From Octopus sinensis (lineage: Eukaryota): a stretch of DNA of 64,000 nucleotides. This document shows, in pieces, positions 24,721 through 37,208 of the stretch (its first letter is position 1; every line of letters starts with the position of its first letter). Location of the stretch: assembly GCF_006345805.1 (NCBI RefSeq), contig NC_042998.1, positions 167,896,001 to 167,960,000 of the forward strand. Reading direction: 5' to 3'. A model generated the notes under the pieces. That model was not told the DNA's origin, made no database searches, and saw only the letters and a program-made list of their open reading frames with translations. Both the position numbers and the translations under genes were made by a program.

Positions 24721-26302
24721 GCGATAGAACGAAAAAAATCTACAACAAAAGCACACGCATATCTATTTTGCAATTGATGAAAGAAATGATATCAAACATT
24801 TACGAATGAGGATAAAAGTGCAAAAATTATTCTGATCGAAGGAGACAATACAAAGTGTGAATTACCCATAATTTAAGAATAACGCCATTAGCACACTTTA
24901 ACGTGAGAGCAGCGATGGAGCAATCATGTCATCTCTTAACTTAAAACTTATGTATTCTACAGATTTTCGTTCCCTCTTGTTTGATATTGCACGATTGGAG
25001 AATGTCTTTAGAGGGAAGTATTGATAAGCTAACAAAAACTGTCTCTACAAAATTACCATGAGATTCTTCTTTCACAACTTTCGCTGCATCTTTTAAATTA
25101 TCATTATTTATAGTTGCAAATTTCTGTATACCAGCCTTAGATTGCACATAAGTCTCAGATTCAAAAGGGTAAATATATGTGCGCACCTGGAAACATTTCT
25201 TGTACTTCACTTATTCGAGGACTGTATTATTTCTATTTCCTTTTGGTTGTTATATAAACATTTCCTGAGTTCATTTTGGTAGTGTTTCAATATATCGCAT
25301 ATCATTAAGATATCTAATCATAAACAACAAAGGTTTCTTTCATATAGCTGCAGCTACTTGGTGAATTCAATAGTAATATAGAAGTAGCTGGTCGTCATGG
25401 TCGGTGCACAGTCTACCTTAGTCTTTTGTGAGCTGAATCTCTTTGATATCGACTGGATCTTAAACATGCCGATTAACTAGCTGTGTATGTCTATAGCTAA
25501 ACAGATATTGAAGGTGACGTGCGCATTAAACCCTAGGGATAACATTTTCAAAATATTCGTCGTTGTTTTTAGTTACAGAAAATATTATGTTGGTTACTGA
25601 TTATGTTACAAATAATCGTTAAAAATCATTTCCTATGTAAGTTTTTTTTTGTGCATTATGAGTTGGACTGTAGTCGGATATTAACATCAATTCTTTTACT
25701 AGGTGTCAATTTTGCCGAGTTATTAAGATAAAAATTATGATGATAATTTTCTTCATCCCCACCACAATCTTTGTAATTAGTATCGAATTTATTGAGTTTA
25801 TACATTCATTAGTCGGTGGTGACAGTTGTTAACTTCCACGATCTTTCTTCAAATTATAGCATTAAAAATTTGTTTGGTTTTAATTCACGAGACCTAACCG
25901 AAATTAACTGGAAATATAGAAGGTGGTTAACTTATATTCTTGTTAGAAATAAAATATAATTGAATCTAAAGATATAATTTATTTTTCCTGGGTAAAACTT
26001 CGTTATTAGCGACACAAGCGGTATTATTTCAAAGAAGCATTCTGTATATCGTACTTAACGTGGACATACTGTAAAAACACATAAAAATGCGATATTCGTC
26101 CCAAGAAAGCATCTCGTATAGACATATAATGCTAAAAAAGGACAAGAGTATATCAGATGCAGGCAAAAAGCGTACCTCTTCATCTGCACGCATATACATA
26201 CACATGTATAGATACAAACACAATTGTGCATCTAATGCTACTTGTGTGAATCATATGCAATGATTATTTTCTTTTTTCTTTATCTATATCTATATTTGCC
26301 TG

Positions 26303-26490
26303 TTAAGCGGTGAGTTGGCAGAATCGGTAGCAGCATTTCTTCCGGATCTTTACTTGCTGGGCTCGAATCCCTCCGCGGACAAATTTGTCTTTTGTGTCTT
26401 CAGAATGGATAAAATAAAGTAATAATCAAATACTGAGGTCGGTGTAATCAATTTGTTCCCTTCCCCCAAAATTGCTGACCTTAAACCCAA
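26303..26490 (+). mobile_element. SINE family A, old copy
   Basis: gcggtgagttggcagaatcggtagca head; ggctcgaatccc B box. Confidence 0.6.
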
Positions 26491-26610
26491 GAGCGAACCG
26501 ATGTTTCCTTCAGAGAAATCTTGTGATCTCGGTCGCATATACACCACAGAAACCGAGAAACCAACATTATGAATCCTAGGGCTCAAGTGAAAAAAATATT
26601 TACCCTTACA

Positions 26611-26831
26611 TACGAGAGGGCACTGAAAAGTTCCTGGCATTTAAGGGTGTCACGAAAGGCCTGTTTGGAAGTCCAACCTTCCGAATTCTTTTACAGGACT
26701 TAGAAAAGCAGAAGGACGGCTGCATAAGTGTACGAATCTGAGAGGGAAACATATTGTATAAAATCATAATTAATTGATCCTCCTGTATTTTCTTTTATCC
26801 AAAGGCAGGAACTTTTCAGCAACCCCTCGTA
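26611..26831 (+). mobile_element. Mariner-derived MITE
   Basis: TIRs TAcgagagggcactgaaaagttcctg / caggaacttttcagcaacccctcgTA; the interior encodes a mariner C-terminus (FTGLRKAEGRLHKCTNLRGKHIV*). Confidence 0.8.
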
Positions 26832-27540
26832 TTATCACAAATACTTATGATTCACAATGTTTTCCGGTAATCCAATGGTCTTTAAACTGACAGATACCAG
26901 CCACTGCACCAATTATTTATTAAACTTTTTTCACCCCCCTTTTTGTAACTGAAAACAAAATAGAATTTATAGCCATATCATTCTCCTTTATTCGCCATAG
27001 TGCAGGACTAGTTATAAATGTTTAAATCATTTTAACCTTATTAAACACATCGATATTTTCTCCTAAGTTTTGATAAACACAATCGCCAAACCAGCGGGAT
27101 GAGGATTATTACATTTGTAATCGTATCCTTCTGCTCTAGTAGCGTACATGCAAACATCAAACACACAGAGGCGTATATATAGAATGTTTTACAACTAGCA
27201 GAGAAATAAGCATAAAACTATACCTAGAGAGAGAGAGAGAGACACCTAAATACACAATCATCAAACCAGCTAGCCAGCCAGGTATCCACACATGCATGGT
27301 TATAATGCATACATACACAAGGCAAGTTGACGCCGGTCGGAATGGCTAGCAGTTTTCCTTCCGACTTTACGTTCTAAGTTGAATCATTTACGATCAACTT
27401 TACCCTTCATCCTCTCAGGGTCGTTAAAATAAATACCAGTCGAGCTCTGGGGTGAGGTGGGTGGTCAATGTAATTGACTAGCCCTTTCGCTCTGAATAAC
27501 ACGCCTTGCTCCTATAGAGGACATACACATACACACAAAC

Positions 27541-27632
<92 letters not shown>

Positions 27633-27640
27633 TAAAAATA

Positions 27641-28256
27641 GGATAAAATCTTTATAAGAAATTATCAAGTAGTTAGCGTGAGAAACCTCGTAAGAGAAAA
27701 ATCTGTAAATTTTTTCAACTTTGAAAATACTTGTGCGGTACCTATGAATAATAGTACCCTCTATATAATATAAATAAGTATTTTCAAAGTTGAAAAAATT
27801 TACAGATTTTTACTCTTACGAGGTTTTTCACGCTAACTACTTGATAATTTCTTATAAAGATTTTATCATTTTTTTTTTTAATTTATATTTTTCACCGGAA
27901 TAGTTCAATACTGAATTTTTGTTCCGAGTAGGCAAGTTGTCACCGAAATGCATTGCGAAAAAGCCCGCCATTTTCATAGATATGTAAAGATAAACATTCG
28001 TACATGCTGCGGCGAATTCTACGGTTGGTTGTCGGGTATGTGATGTTGTGTTTTTTCTTACATGTCTTGAGTTCGTTGCACTGAAGAGCATAGAATGCAT
28101 ATTCTGCATTGATTGCGAAATCACAGGTGATATGTAACTAAATTCTGTTTTTAAATTACTCGCTTTGAAGTTTTGCATTCTGTACAATTTGTTTATTTTA
28201 GTAGCTTTGACTGCAAAAGTCCCTCCTAGCGTGCGGTACCTATGAATAATAGTACC
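27641..28256. mobile_element. AT-rich fold-back/Penelope-like element containing an HHR
   Basis: Hairpin 27641-27867 around motif gtgcggtacctatgaataatagtacc (27733-27758), which recurs at 28231-28256 and inverted at 28508-28533. Confidence 0.55.
28075..28138 (+). ncRNA. Type I hammerhead ribozyme with full stems I-III
   Basis: GUUGCA-CUGAAGA-GCA uag AAUGCA uauuc UGCAUU gau UGC-GAAA UCAC ag GUGA U A^UGUAAC. G10.1-C11.1 is present; AUA triplet; predicted cut after A28132. Confidence 0.85.
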
Positions 28257-28608
28257 ATCTATAATATATATATATATATATATATATTATGAAAATGGCG
28301 GGCTTTTTCGCAATGCATTTCGGTGACAACTTGCCTACTCGGAACAAAAATTCAGTATTGAACTATTCCGGTGAAAAATATAAATTTAAAAAAAATAGGA
28401 TAAAATCTTTATAAGAAATTATCAAGTAGTTAGTGTGAAAAACCTTGTAAGAGAAACAATCTGTAAATTTTTTCAACTTTGAAAATACTTATTTATATTA
28501 TATAGAGGGTACTATTATTCATAGGTACCGCACAAGTATTTTCAAACCTTACGAGGTTTCTCACGCTAACTACTTGATAATTTCTTATAAAGATTTTATC
28601 CTATTTTT

Positions 28609-28654
<46 letters not shown>

Positions 28655-29337
28655 CTATATACACACATATGTTTGTGTGTATGTGTATGTCCTCTATAGG
28701 AGCAAGGCGCGTGTTATTCAGAGCGAAAGGGCTAGTCAATTACATTGACCACCCACCTCACCCCAGAGCTCGACTGGTATTTATTTTAACGACCCTGAGA
28801 GGATGAAGGGTAAAGTTGATCGTAAATGATTCAACTTAGAACGTAAAGTCGGAAGGAAAAATGCTAGCCATTCCGACCGGCGTCACTCGCCTTGTGTATA
28901 TGCATTATAACCATGCATGTGTGGATACCTGACTGGCTAGCTGGTTTGATGATTGTGTATTTAGGTGTCTCTCTCTCTCTCTCTAGGTATAGTTTTATGC
29001 TTATTTCTCTGCTAGTTGTAAAACATTCTATATATACGCCTCTGTGTGTTTGATGTTTGCATGTACGCTACTAGAGCTGAAGGATACGATTACAAATGTA
29101 ATAATCCTCATCCCGCTGGTTTGGCGATTGTGTTTATCAAAACTTAGGAGAAAATATCGATGTGTTTAATAAGGTTAAAATGATTTAAACATTTATAACT
29201 AGTCCTGCACTATTATTCATAGGAACCGCACAAGTATTTTCAAAGTTGAAAAAATTTACAGATTTTTCTCTTACGAGGTTTTTCACGCTAACTACTTGAT
29301 AATTTCTTATAAAGATTTTATCCTATATATATTATAG

Positions 29338-29368
<31 letters not shown>

Positions 29369-29373
29369 ATATA

Positions 29374-29448
<75 letters not shown>

Positions 29449-29452
29449 TATA

Positions 29453-29600
29453 GGCGTAGGAGTGGATGTGTGGTATGTAGCTTGCTTACGAACCACATGG
29501 TTCCAGGTTCAGTCCCACAAAGCCTTGTGACTGGATTTTGGTAGACGGAAACTGAAAGAAGCCAATCATATATGTGTATATATATATATATATATGTGTG

Positions 29601-29631
<31 letters not shown>

Positions 29632-29832
29632 ATGTTTGTGTGTCTATGTTTGTCCCTCCCCTCCCCCAATATCGCTTGATAACCGATGCTGGCGTGTTTA
29701 CCGTTCGGCAAAAGAGACCGATAGAATAAGAACGAGGCTTACAAAGAATAAGTCCTTGGGTCAATTTGCTCGACTACAGGCGGTGCTCCAGCATGGCTAC
29801 AGTCACATGACTGAAACATGTAAAAGAATAAA
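29453..29832 (+). mobile_element. SINE family B
   Basis: ggcgtaggagtggatgtgtggt head to gtaaaagaataaaga tail. Confidence 0.85.
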
Positions 29833-30611
29833 GAGAGATACATATGTGTATATGTATATGAATATATATTGATATTTATCTAAGTCACCTATCTATTTAT
29901 CTGTCTATGTATGTGTGTGTGTGTGTGAGTCTAATCTGCAAGGGATATATATAAACACACATATACACACTGCCGAGAGAGTAATAAATGCTAAACGACT
30001 AAATTGTTAAGTTCAAATCCGCCATAAGAAGTGCTAGCTTTTCTAACCCTTAAATACCAGAGTAGTCCCTCAATGTCGAAGCAACAGATATGTCTGCCAT
30101 AGGGATTAGTTTGAAACTTAATGTAACAGCCATGGATAGAGAGAAAGTGCGTGCAGAGAGGAAAAAGAAATGGAAAAAAAGTGTTAAAGACAGAATCAGA
30201 AAAGGTGGTGGTGGGGGGACGAAGTAAAGAAAGAAGACTGCTATGAAATATGTGCGGTGTTAGATGAGAGAGAAGGAACATATATAAGAAGCATTCAGGG
30301 GAAGGAGGAAGTATGTAGGGGTGCTAAGAAGGTATGAAACTTCGGGTTAGTAAGATCAAGGGAAAGAGAAGAGAAAGAGGCTTTCAACCAAAAAGTTAGG
30401 TAAACAGAAATGATTATGGGAAGTCGAAAAAAAAATATTGTTGAATAAGATTGGGGTTGATAAAATAGTCTCTGAAAGGGCGGACTTACTAAGAAAAAAA
30501 TTGGCCATATAGGGAGCTTCTGTCTATCTGCTTACCAATAAATCGACCTTGCAAATTACTTCACAGCCTCCCCATCAAACAATTTACCAAACGTGCGCGC
30601 GCACACGCACG

Positions 30612-30695
<84 letters not shown>

Positions 30696-31835
30696 GTATC
30701 TGTTTCTCTTTCATATACGCAAACGCATACATGGAAACACATTTATATACCACATACTCAAATATACATAAATGCATGTTATATGTGAATTTATGTATGT
30801 ATATGTGGGTATATAAATGGATGTGTATGTTTAAGTATAAGCGTGTACAAGTACGTGCATGCCTGCGTGTATGTGCGTGCTTACGCGTGTGTGCCCGCAT
30901 GCATATTTGTATGTGTGTGGGGATTTTTGTGTAGTGTATTTATTTCGCGAGATTCTTCTTCTAAAAGCGTGTATTGAGACAGAAATAGCAGAATTTTAAG
31001 AGGTTCATTCTAGCAAGGAAGTACACAAATTTATATATTTTTAATTTATTAGTTAATTAGTAATTTTTATTTTTATAATTAATGAAGTAATGTACCAATG
31101 AACTATTCAAAATGAAGTAATTAACAATGAATCATTCAAAAGATAATATTATCCATGCCTATGTATATATAGGTATATATATGTACATATATATATATGT
31201 ATATATATATATGTGTGTGTGTGCATGTATATGTATGTATTATACACTCATAATTGCATGTGTGTGTGTGTGGGAATGTGTTTAGCCCCAGGTTGTTGCT
31301 GAACCAGGATATCTATCAACAAAACCATTTCAACCGTGACCACTTAGTCGCTTTTCCAAACGCGGTGTCTTTAAGTTATTTCATAATCTCTCCTTCATTT
31401 GTAAAAACAGCAGGATGTAACTTAAAGGAAATCTAGCTTCTATTTTTAACAGACAGTGATCTCTTCGTTGACGTGCTGTGGCAATGTAATCGATATACTT
31501 TATGGTGTTGAATAGAAAGAAGTATATCTTGAAGTTTAAAGTGTTCAGCCGGTATAAAAAATTTCTACTCAGGACATATGCTTAAACATTTCGAAGAATA
31601 AACACGCGCTGGTACAAACAGAATCTAACAAGCAAACAAGCAAAGGCAACATATTTTGCATGCTAGATCATATATCATCTAGATATTGCCACTAGAATCC
31701 TACCGATTCAATTCCGACGTATGCCCAAATGAACGAAAATATTATCAAAAAACGAATCTCTGTTCTTTTTATTCAACGACTCTTATCTCCGTTACACATG
31801 CACACAGTCTCACTCATTTTTCTCAACCACTTTAA

Positions 31836-31883
<48 letters not shown>

Positions 31884-31998
31884 ACACATATATATACAAA
31901 CATACATACATGTATATATATATGTGTGTGTGTATAAATATATATAGATAGATAGATGCATATATATATGTATGTATCTGTGTGTATATATATATATT

Positions 31999-32043
<45 letters not shown>

Positions 32044-32142
32044 TGTGTGTGTGTGTGTGTGTGTGTGTGTATTGATAGAAATGGCAAGACAACAAAAGAA
32101 TGAAAGAGACCTCGACATTATCTAAATAGAGGAATTTATTTG

Positions 32143-32346
32143 TAAATATAATATGTGACAATTATTCGCTAGACATGGTAAAACTCCGAGTTTCGGATGT
32201 CAGGGTAGAAACGTACGCCGGCACCTCTTCAGTTATCGGGCCATCGAAAAAATGCTTCTATACTATGCGGGCGTGGGTTTCCGCTCCGTCATCCGAAACT
32301 CGGAGTTTTATTATGGCTACGGAATAATTGGCACATATTATATTTA
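32143..32346. mobile_element. Fold-back Penelope-like remnant
   Basis: Arms 32143-32199 and 32290-32346 (aaaactccgagtttcggatg / catccgaaactcggagtttt). Confidence 0.65.
32177..32237 (-). ncRNA. Type I hammerhead ribozyme-like motif (partly decayed)
   Basis: Minus: GAUAA-CUGAAGA-GGUG...CAUCC-GAAAC UCGGA GUU^UUACC. Core is intact; stems I and II are imperfect. The mirror arm has UUAUU, which restores stem I. Confidence 0.55.
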
Positions 32347-32911
32347 TATATGTATATATATATTTAATCAAAATAAGCAACAAGGATAGCCAGAGGCAAT
32401 GCAGTACGATCGTGGCTTATTTTGATTTTAATCGCCTTACTTTGAAATTGCATGGATAATACCGTACTAAATTCTGGCGCCCCAACTTAAGTACCATATT
32501 CATCTGAATCAAAATTTTTACTGAACTCATCTACCGTACCCAATATATATATATATATTATATATATATATATATAAAGTACCAGTTACGCACTGGTGTC
32601 GATGTAATCTACGTAACCCCTTTGTCTGTCCTTGTTTGTCCCCTCTGTGTTTAGCCCCTTGTGGGTAGTAAAGAAATATATGTATGTATGTATGTATGTA
32701 CGTATGTATGTATGCATGTATGTATGTATGTATTTATGTATGTATGTATGTATGTATGTATGTATGTGCATGTATGTATGTATGCATGTATGTATGTATA
32801 GTGTACTCTTCAGTTATTAGTGGGATCAAAACTCAATCCAATGGGATATGAATATATACAAATGTGCGCTTGTATGTATGCGTGTGTGTGTGTATATTAT
32901 ATATATACATA

Positions 32912-33179
32912 CAAGTAATCACAAAGATAAATTAAATAGAGAGGTACTATTGACAATCCAATTATTTATCTATATTATAATATTACATGATATACTTTGA
33001 CTATAATATAACATAATATTATATAACATAAGCAATTATTTTTTAAAAAACCATTGTTTAATAATTGTTTAACTTATATAGTATTGTGTTATACTATAAT
33101 CATAGTATATCATGTAATATTATAATATAAATAAACAATTGGATTGTCAATAGTATCTCTATTTTATCTTTGTAATTGC
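32912..33179. repeat. AT-rich fold-back element
   Basis: caagtaatcacaaagataa..gaggtactattgacaatccaatt mirrored by aattggattgtcaatagtatctct..ttatctttgtaattg. Confidence 0.8.
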
Positions 33180-33276
33180 ATTATACCAATATTTATATGG
33201 TATACAAATGACGTACCAGTAAAGTGGATGTGTAACACACCCCTTTGAAGGATTTCTTTTCCTCAGTTTGTTCCTT

Positions 33277-33310
<34 letters not shown>

Positions 33311-33379
33311 TGTATGTATGTATGTATGCATGTATGTATGTATGTGTGTATGTATGTATTTATGTATGGTGAGGAGGGT

Positions 33380-33818
33380 GTTTATTGGACACCCTGCGGG
33401 ATGAAAAACAAAACCCGTCAAAGGGCGGAGGAACTCTTGAGAGTCAACGGCCATCCAATAAATGTCTTAAGGCTCTATCATGTACGGGGACATAGAAATA
33501 ATCGGATTGAATACCCGATCGCTCGGTTAAACCACTGGGAGTGAAGGACTCCTAGCCTTTGTTAGGGCATCCTTCTAGGAGAAGGTAACTCAGGTAACTG
33601 GGATAACTCCGACATAAAACATGCGGCTCAGTGGTTACCGATGACGTTGACTTGTTCTTCTTTTCGGGTTATGGCTGCTGTTGCTTAGTGAGTGGGATTA
33701 ACTCAGTGCACAGCCTTTCCTCACTTTAAAAAATATCTTCTTGCACAAGCATTGCACGATAACAACGTTGATTTCGTGCAATGGCCATACTCGATAACGA
33801 GGGGGCAGCCACCACCAT
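33380..33818 (+). mobile_element. Possible RTE-clade LINE 5' region
   Basis: gggcatccttctaggagaaggtaactc resembles RTE 5' UTR motifs as I recall them; GC-richer than the flanks. Confidence 0.35.
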
Positions 33819-35149
33819 GTATGTATAGTGTACTGTTCCATTATTAGTGGTTTCAAAACTCAATCCAATGAGGTATGAATATTAAAACACACGGGATTTA
33901 AATGCCAACTCTTATAAGTTTCATGCCTCTGCTAATACACTGGACCGACGAGCTTGTATAGCGTGCCGTATACTTTCAGGTAATTATTTAGGTTAAAAAT
34001 AAATGGAATAAAATATTCTTTTTTTAAGTTTTAAAAATGAATTATTGCTTATGAGTGTACGTATGTATATGTATAAGTATATATGTGAGAATGTATTTAT
34101 ATTATCATCTTCCTCCTCCTTCTCCACATCATCATTTAACGTCTCCACATCATCATTTAGCGTTTTATGCTGGTATGGAATCAGACGCGTCTAAGGATTG
34201 CTCTGTCCGCCAATATCTGCTTTGGCATGATTTCTACTGCTCTATTCCCTTCTTACTTTCAAGCAGTTTACTTGCTTTTTTATTTTTTTGAATTTTTTTT
34301 TTCATCCGACCAGTACTACTGAGGTCGCCTTGCAACTCACATGACTACAAATTTCGAGGGTGGAGATCGGCACAATACTAGAGGATGTGGGATTAAAATA
34401 CGAGACGGAGTGCGGAATAGGTTCCTGAAGAATATCTGCTTGGTTACTCACGTCTAGTAGTACAGTCAATCATCAATGCAAAGTAATTTAGCTCTTAGTT
34501 GGTACATCAGAATTAATCGAATGAGGCTCTACGTTTGTTAAAGGCCAGGATATTCATACTAGCGTTCAAGCGAATTAATGAGTTTTTTTTTTTTTTATCC
34601 AAATGGATTGGAATTTTTTCAAGATTAGGAGAGAACTAAATCGGAAATTGGCAGAATATTAAACTTCTACTCAATTTACATCAGTGCCGTTATACAAATA
34701 GATATTTATTATGGAATATCTATAAAAGTCCTTACAAACTAACAAGAAGTATAGGTTCAAGGAAAGTAGCAACAGAAAAGCCATGGGAAACCATGACGAA
34801 AAATATACATGCGGATGAAGTACATATGGCAGATATTTGGGAAATTTAAATGTTCATAGGCGCTTTCTATCGATTCTCCTACCCACGATCTATGTATAAA
34901 TATAATAAAGATTTCTGACGTGATTTCTGACATTCACCACATGCTTGGAAAAGCTGACAGGAAAGTAGATGTAGGAGGGATTTCAACTCAGAACGTCAAG
35001 GGATATTTTGTTTAGCGCGTTACAATTTCAGCCATCCACCACGTTCAATGATATTATGCCACTCCTTCCCCACTCCATTCCCGCCCACCGTGGGTCCTTT
35101 TCTTGCTCCAGTTCTCAGGCCACTCCTGCTCTTTCATCACCAACGCACT

Positions 35150-35344
35150 TCCCTCACTGAAACTAACCAACGCATTGTGCACACCCGAGACGCTTTTTCA
35201 TGCACACCTACTAACGTCATATATTGCATAGAATGTACTCTTCGGAGGTCTTTGTATGTTGGACACCCCGGCCGCCGTCTAGCCGACAGATTCGCTGAAC
35301 ATTTAGCTGACATCCGCCTCCGGAAACATACTCCTGTTATATAA
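35150..35344 (+). pseudogene. Penelope-like element GIY-YIG endonuclease fragment
   Basis: FSCTPTNVIYCIECTLRRSLYVGHPGRRLADRFAEHLADIR matches the PLE motif FTC.S.NVIYCI.C..C...YIGET.R.L..RF.EH. Confidence 0.85.
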
Positions 35345-35471
35345 TGTTTACGTTAATTTTCCGTCTACACTTTCACCGAGTGCCAAACTAGGCGTCAAAC
35401 TCATATGTACACTGTGAACGTCCATTTGACTTATGTAGTTTTTGTATTTGTTCATGAACTGACCGTTCATT

Positions 35472-35521
<50 letters not shown>

Positions 35522-35588
35522 TTGATATATAATATAATATATATATATATATATATATATCTATATATATATATATATATATATATAG

Positions 35589-35640
<52 letters not shown>

Positions 35641-35642
<2 letters not shown>

Positions 35643-36514
35643 AGGCGGTATCAAACAGTTCCGGGACTAGCTCTGTAGCGCACCAACAGATGGCAGCACA
35701 CGGTTACGTGCGCGTAGGCAGTGAGAGCTAGCTGTAAGCTTCATGAGGCAGTGTGCCGAGTGACAGCGCTATGTTTACTTTGCAAGTTGTGAAATTTGTT
35801 TTTGTGATTACGTGTATGGTGTAATTGGCAACTTTGTCATGGACAGGAACAGAAAGCCAACATGAAATTTTGTGTTAAACTTGGGAAGTCTGCTACAGAG
35901 GCATTGAGCATGCTTCGACAAGCTTACAACGACATGGCAATGGGTTGTACGCAATGTTTCAAATGACGTGGGCACTTCAAAAGCGGAGGAACGTCTCTGG
36001 AAGATGATGACCAATCTGGAAGATCTGCCACGGGCGTCACTCCCGGAAATGTGGTATTGTGCATCGAGAATTCGTCCCCTGAAACGGACTGTCAATCGAG
36101 AGTTCTACTGCGTTGTAGAACGCAAAGAATTGGATTTTTTCACGTTGACAATGCACCCTATCACCAAGCTCTCCTCACTCGGGAATTTCTCGCAAAAAAC
36201 AACAAGGTATCGCTTCTGCACCCAACCAATTTGCCAGATTTAACACCTACGGCCTTCCATCTCTTCCCCAATATGAAAACATAGCTGAAAGGTCGCCGTT
36301 TTATCACCGTTGTTAAGATACAGAAAGAATCGCAGAAGGTCAACGACTCACCTACGGAAAACGACTTCCAGACTGGATTCCAAAAGTGGCAGGAAAGCTG
36401 GGACCAGTCTATTGTCATGCAAGGTGACTATCTCGAAGATTACGTTAAAACTTAGGTAGATAAGTTACTTTTAATGAACATAACGAGTCCTGGAACTTTT
36501 TGATACTACCTCGT
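35641..36514 (+). mobile_element. Mariner transposon, internally deleted
   Basis: TIRs aggcggtatcaaacagttccgggact / agtcctggaactttttgatactacct; transposase remnants inside. Confidence 0.9.
35839..36455 (+). pseudogene. Mariner transposase (HTH N-terminus fused to DD34D C-terminus; stops and deletion)
   Basis: EQKANMKFCVKLGKSATEALSMLRQAY...SLEDDDQSGR; HVDNAPYH...HPTNLPDLTPTAFHLFPNMK*LKGRRF...QGDYLE. Confidence 0.9.
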
Positions 36515-36515
36515 G

Positions 36516-36547
<32 letters not shown>

Positions 36548-36851
36548 ATATGTATGTATGTATGTGTGTGTGTGTGTGTAAAGAAAGCAGCAATAAACAA
36601 GCCTGCACACTAGAATTGTATGTGTAACTACAATCGAACGCTCAACAATTAAGAGATTTTAGGTGGACGATAAACCTTCGAGAAATTACAATCTGCAGTC
36701 TCTGTAAATGATTTATTGCATAAATTGAATAACGTAGAGCTCGACAGTCATGGGAAAACTCAGATCTACGGGTCTACCTCATGTTTTTAGGAAGGGTGGT
36801 ATAGGTAGTTGCTTTACGGTTTACTGAAAAAGGAAAGGGACTCACTGATGA

Positions 36852-36951
36852 NNNNNNNNNNNNNNNNNNNNNNNNNNNNNNNNNNNNNNNNNNNNNNNNN
36901 NNNNNNNNNNNNNNNNNNNNNNNNNNNNNNNNNNNNNNNNNNNNNNNNNNN
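36852..36951. other. Assembly gap (100 N)
   Basis: Direct reading. Confidence 1.
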
Positions 36952-37208
36952 CGGATCATGTTAACACCATAAATTATTTACATCAAAAAGGTGCTTTTTT
37001 TCTATGAAAATCCCAATTTTTTACGATTTATTTTACTGCTGTGTCGCCATTTTTCGGTGTATTTCAACCAGAAATATGTTCACTTAAAATTTTTACTTTT
37101 CAAAAAAGATTGAAACTATGTCAAAAATTTGTTAACGCGACATCAAAGTCTGCCGTTTTCAGCGCAACTAAAAAAGCAAACCCGAGCAACGCCGGGCTAT
37201 ACTGCTAG
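36952..37208 (+). mobile_element. Helitron 3' end
   Basis: cccgagcaacgccggg hairpin + CTAG|t, same terminus as 2791 and 13381. Confidence 0.7.

Larger units (their letters stand above)
26997..29213. repeat. ~0.95-kb-arm inverted duplication (26997-27978 vs 28288-29213)
   Basis: Unique flank, a SINE A copy, (TA)n and a fold-back element are all mirrored; the ~310-bp spacer carries an HHR. Confidence 0.9.

Noticed and set aside
27852-28187. 111-aa minus ORF overlapping the HHR
   Set aside because: No motif is recognised; it lies antisense to the ribozyme within AT-rich repeat and is likely incidental.
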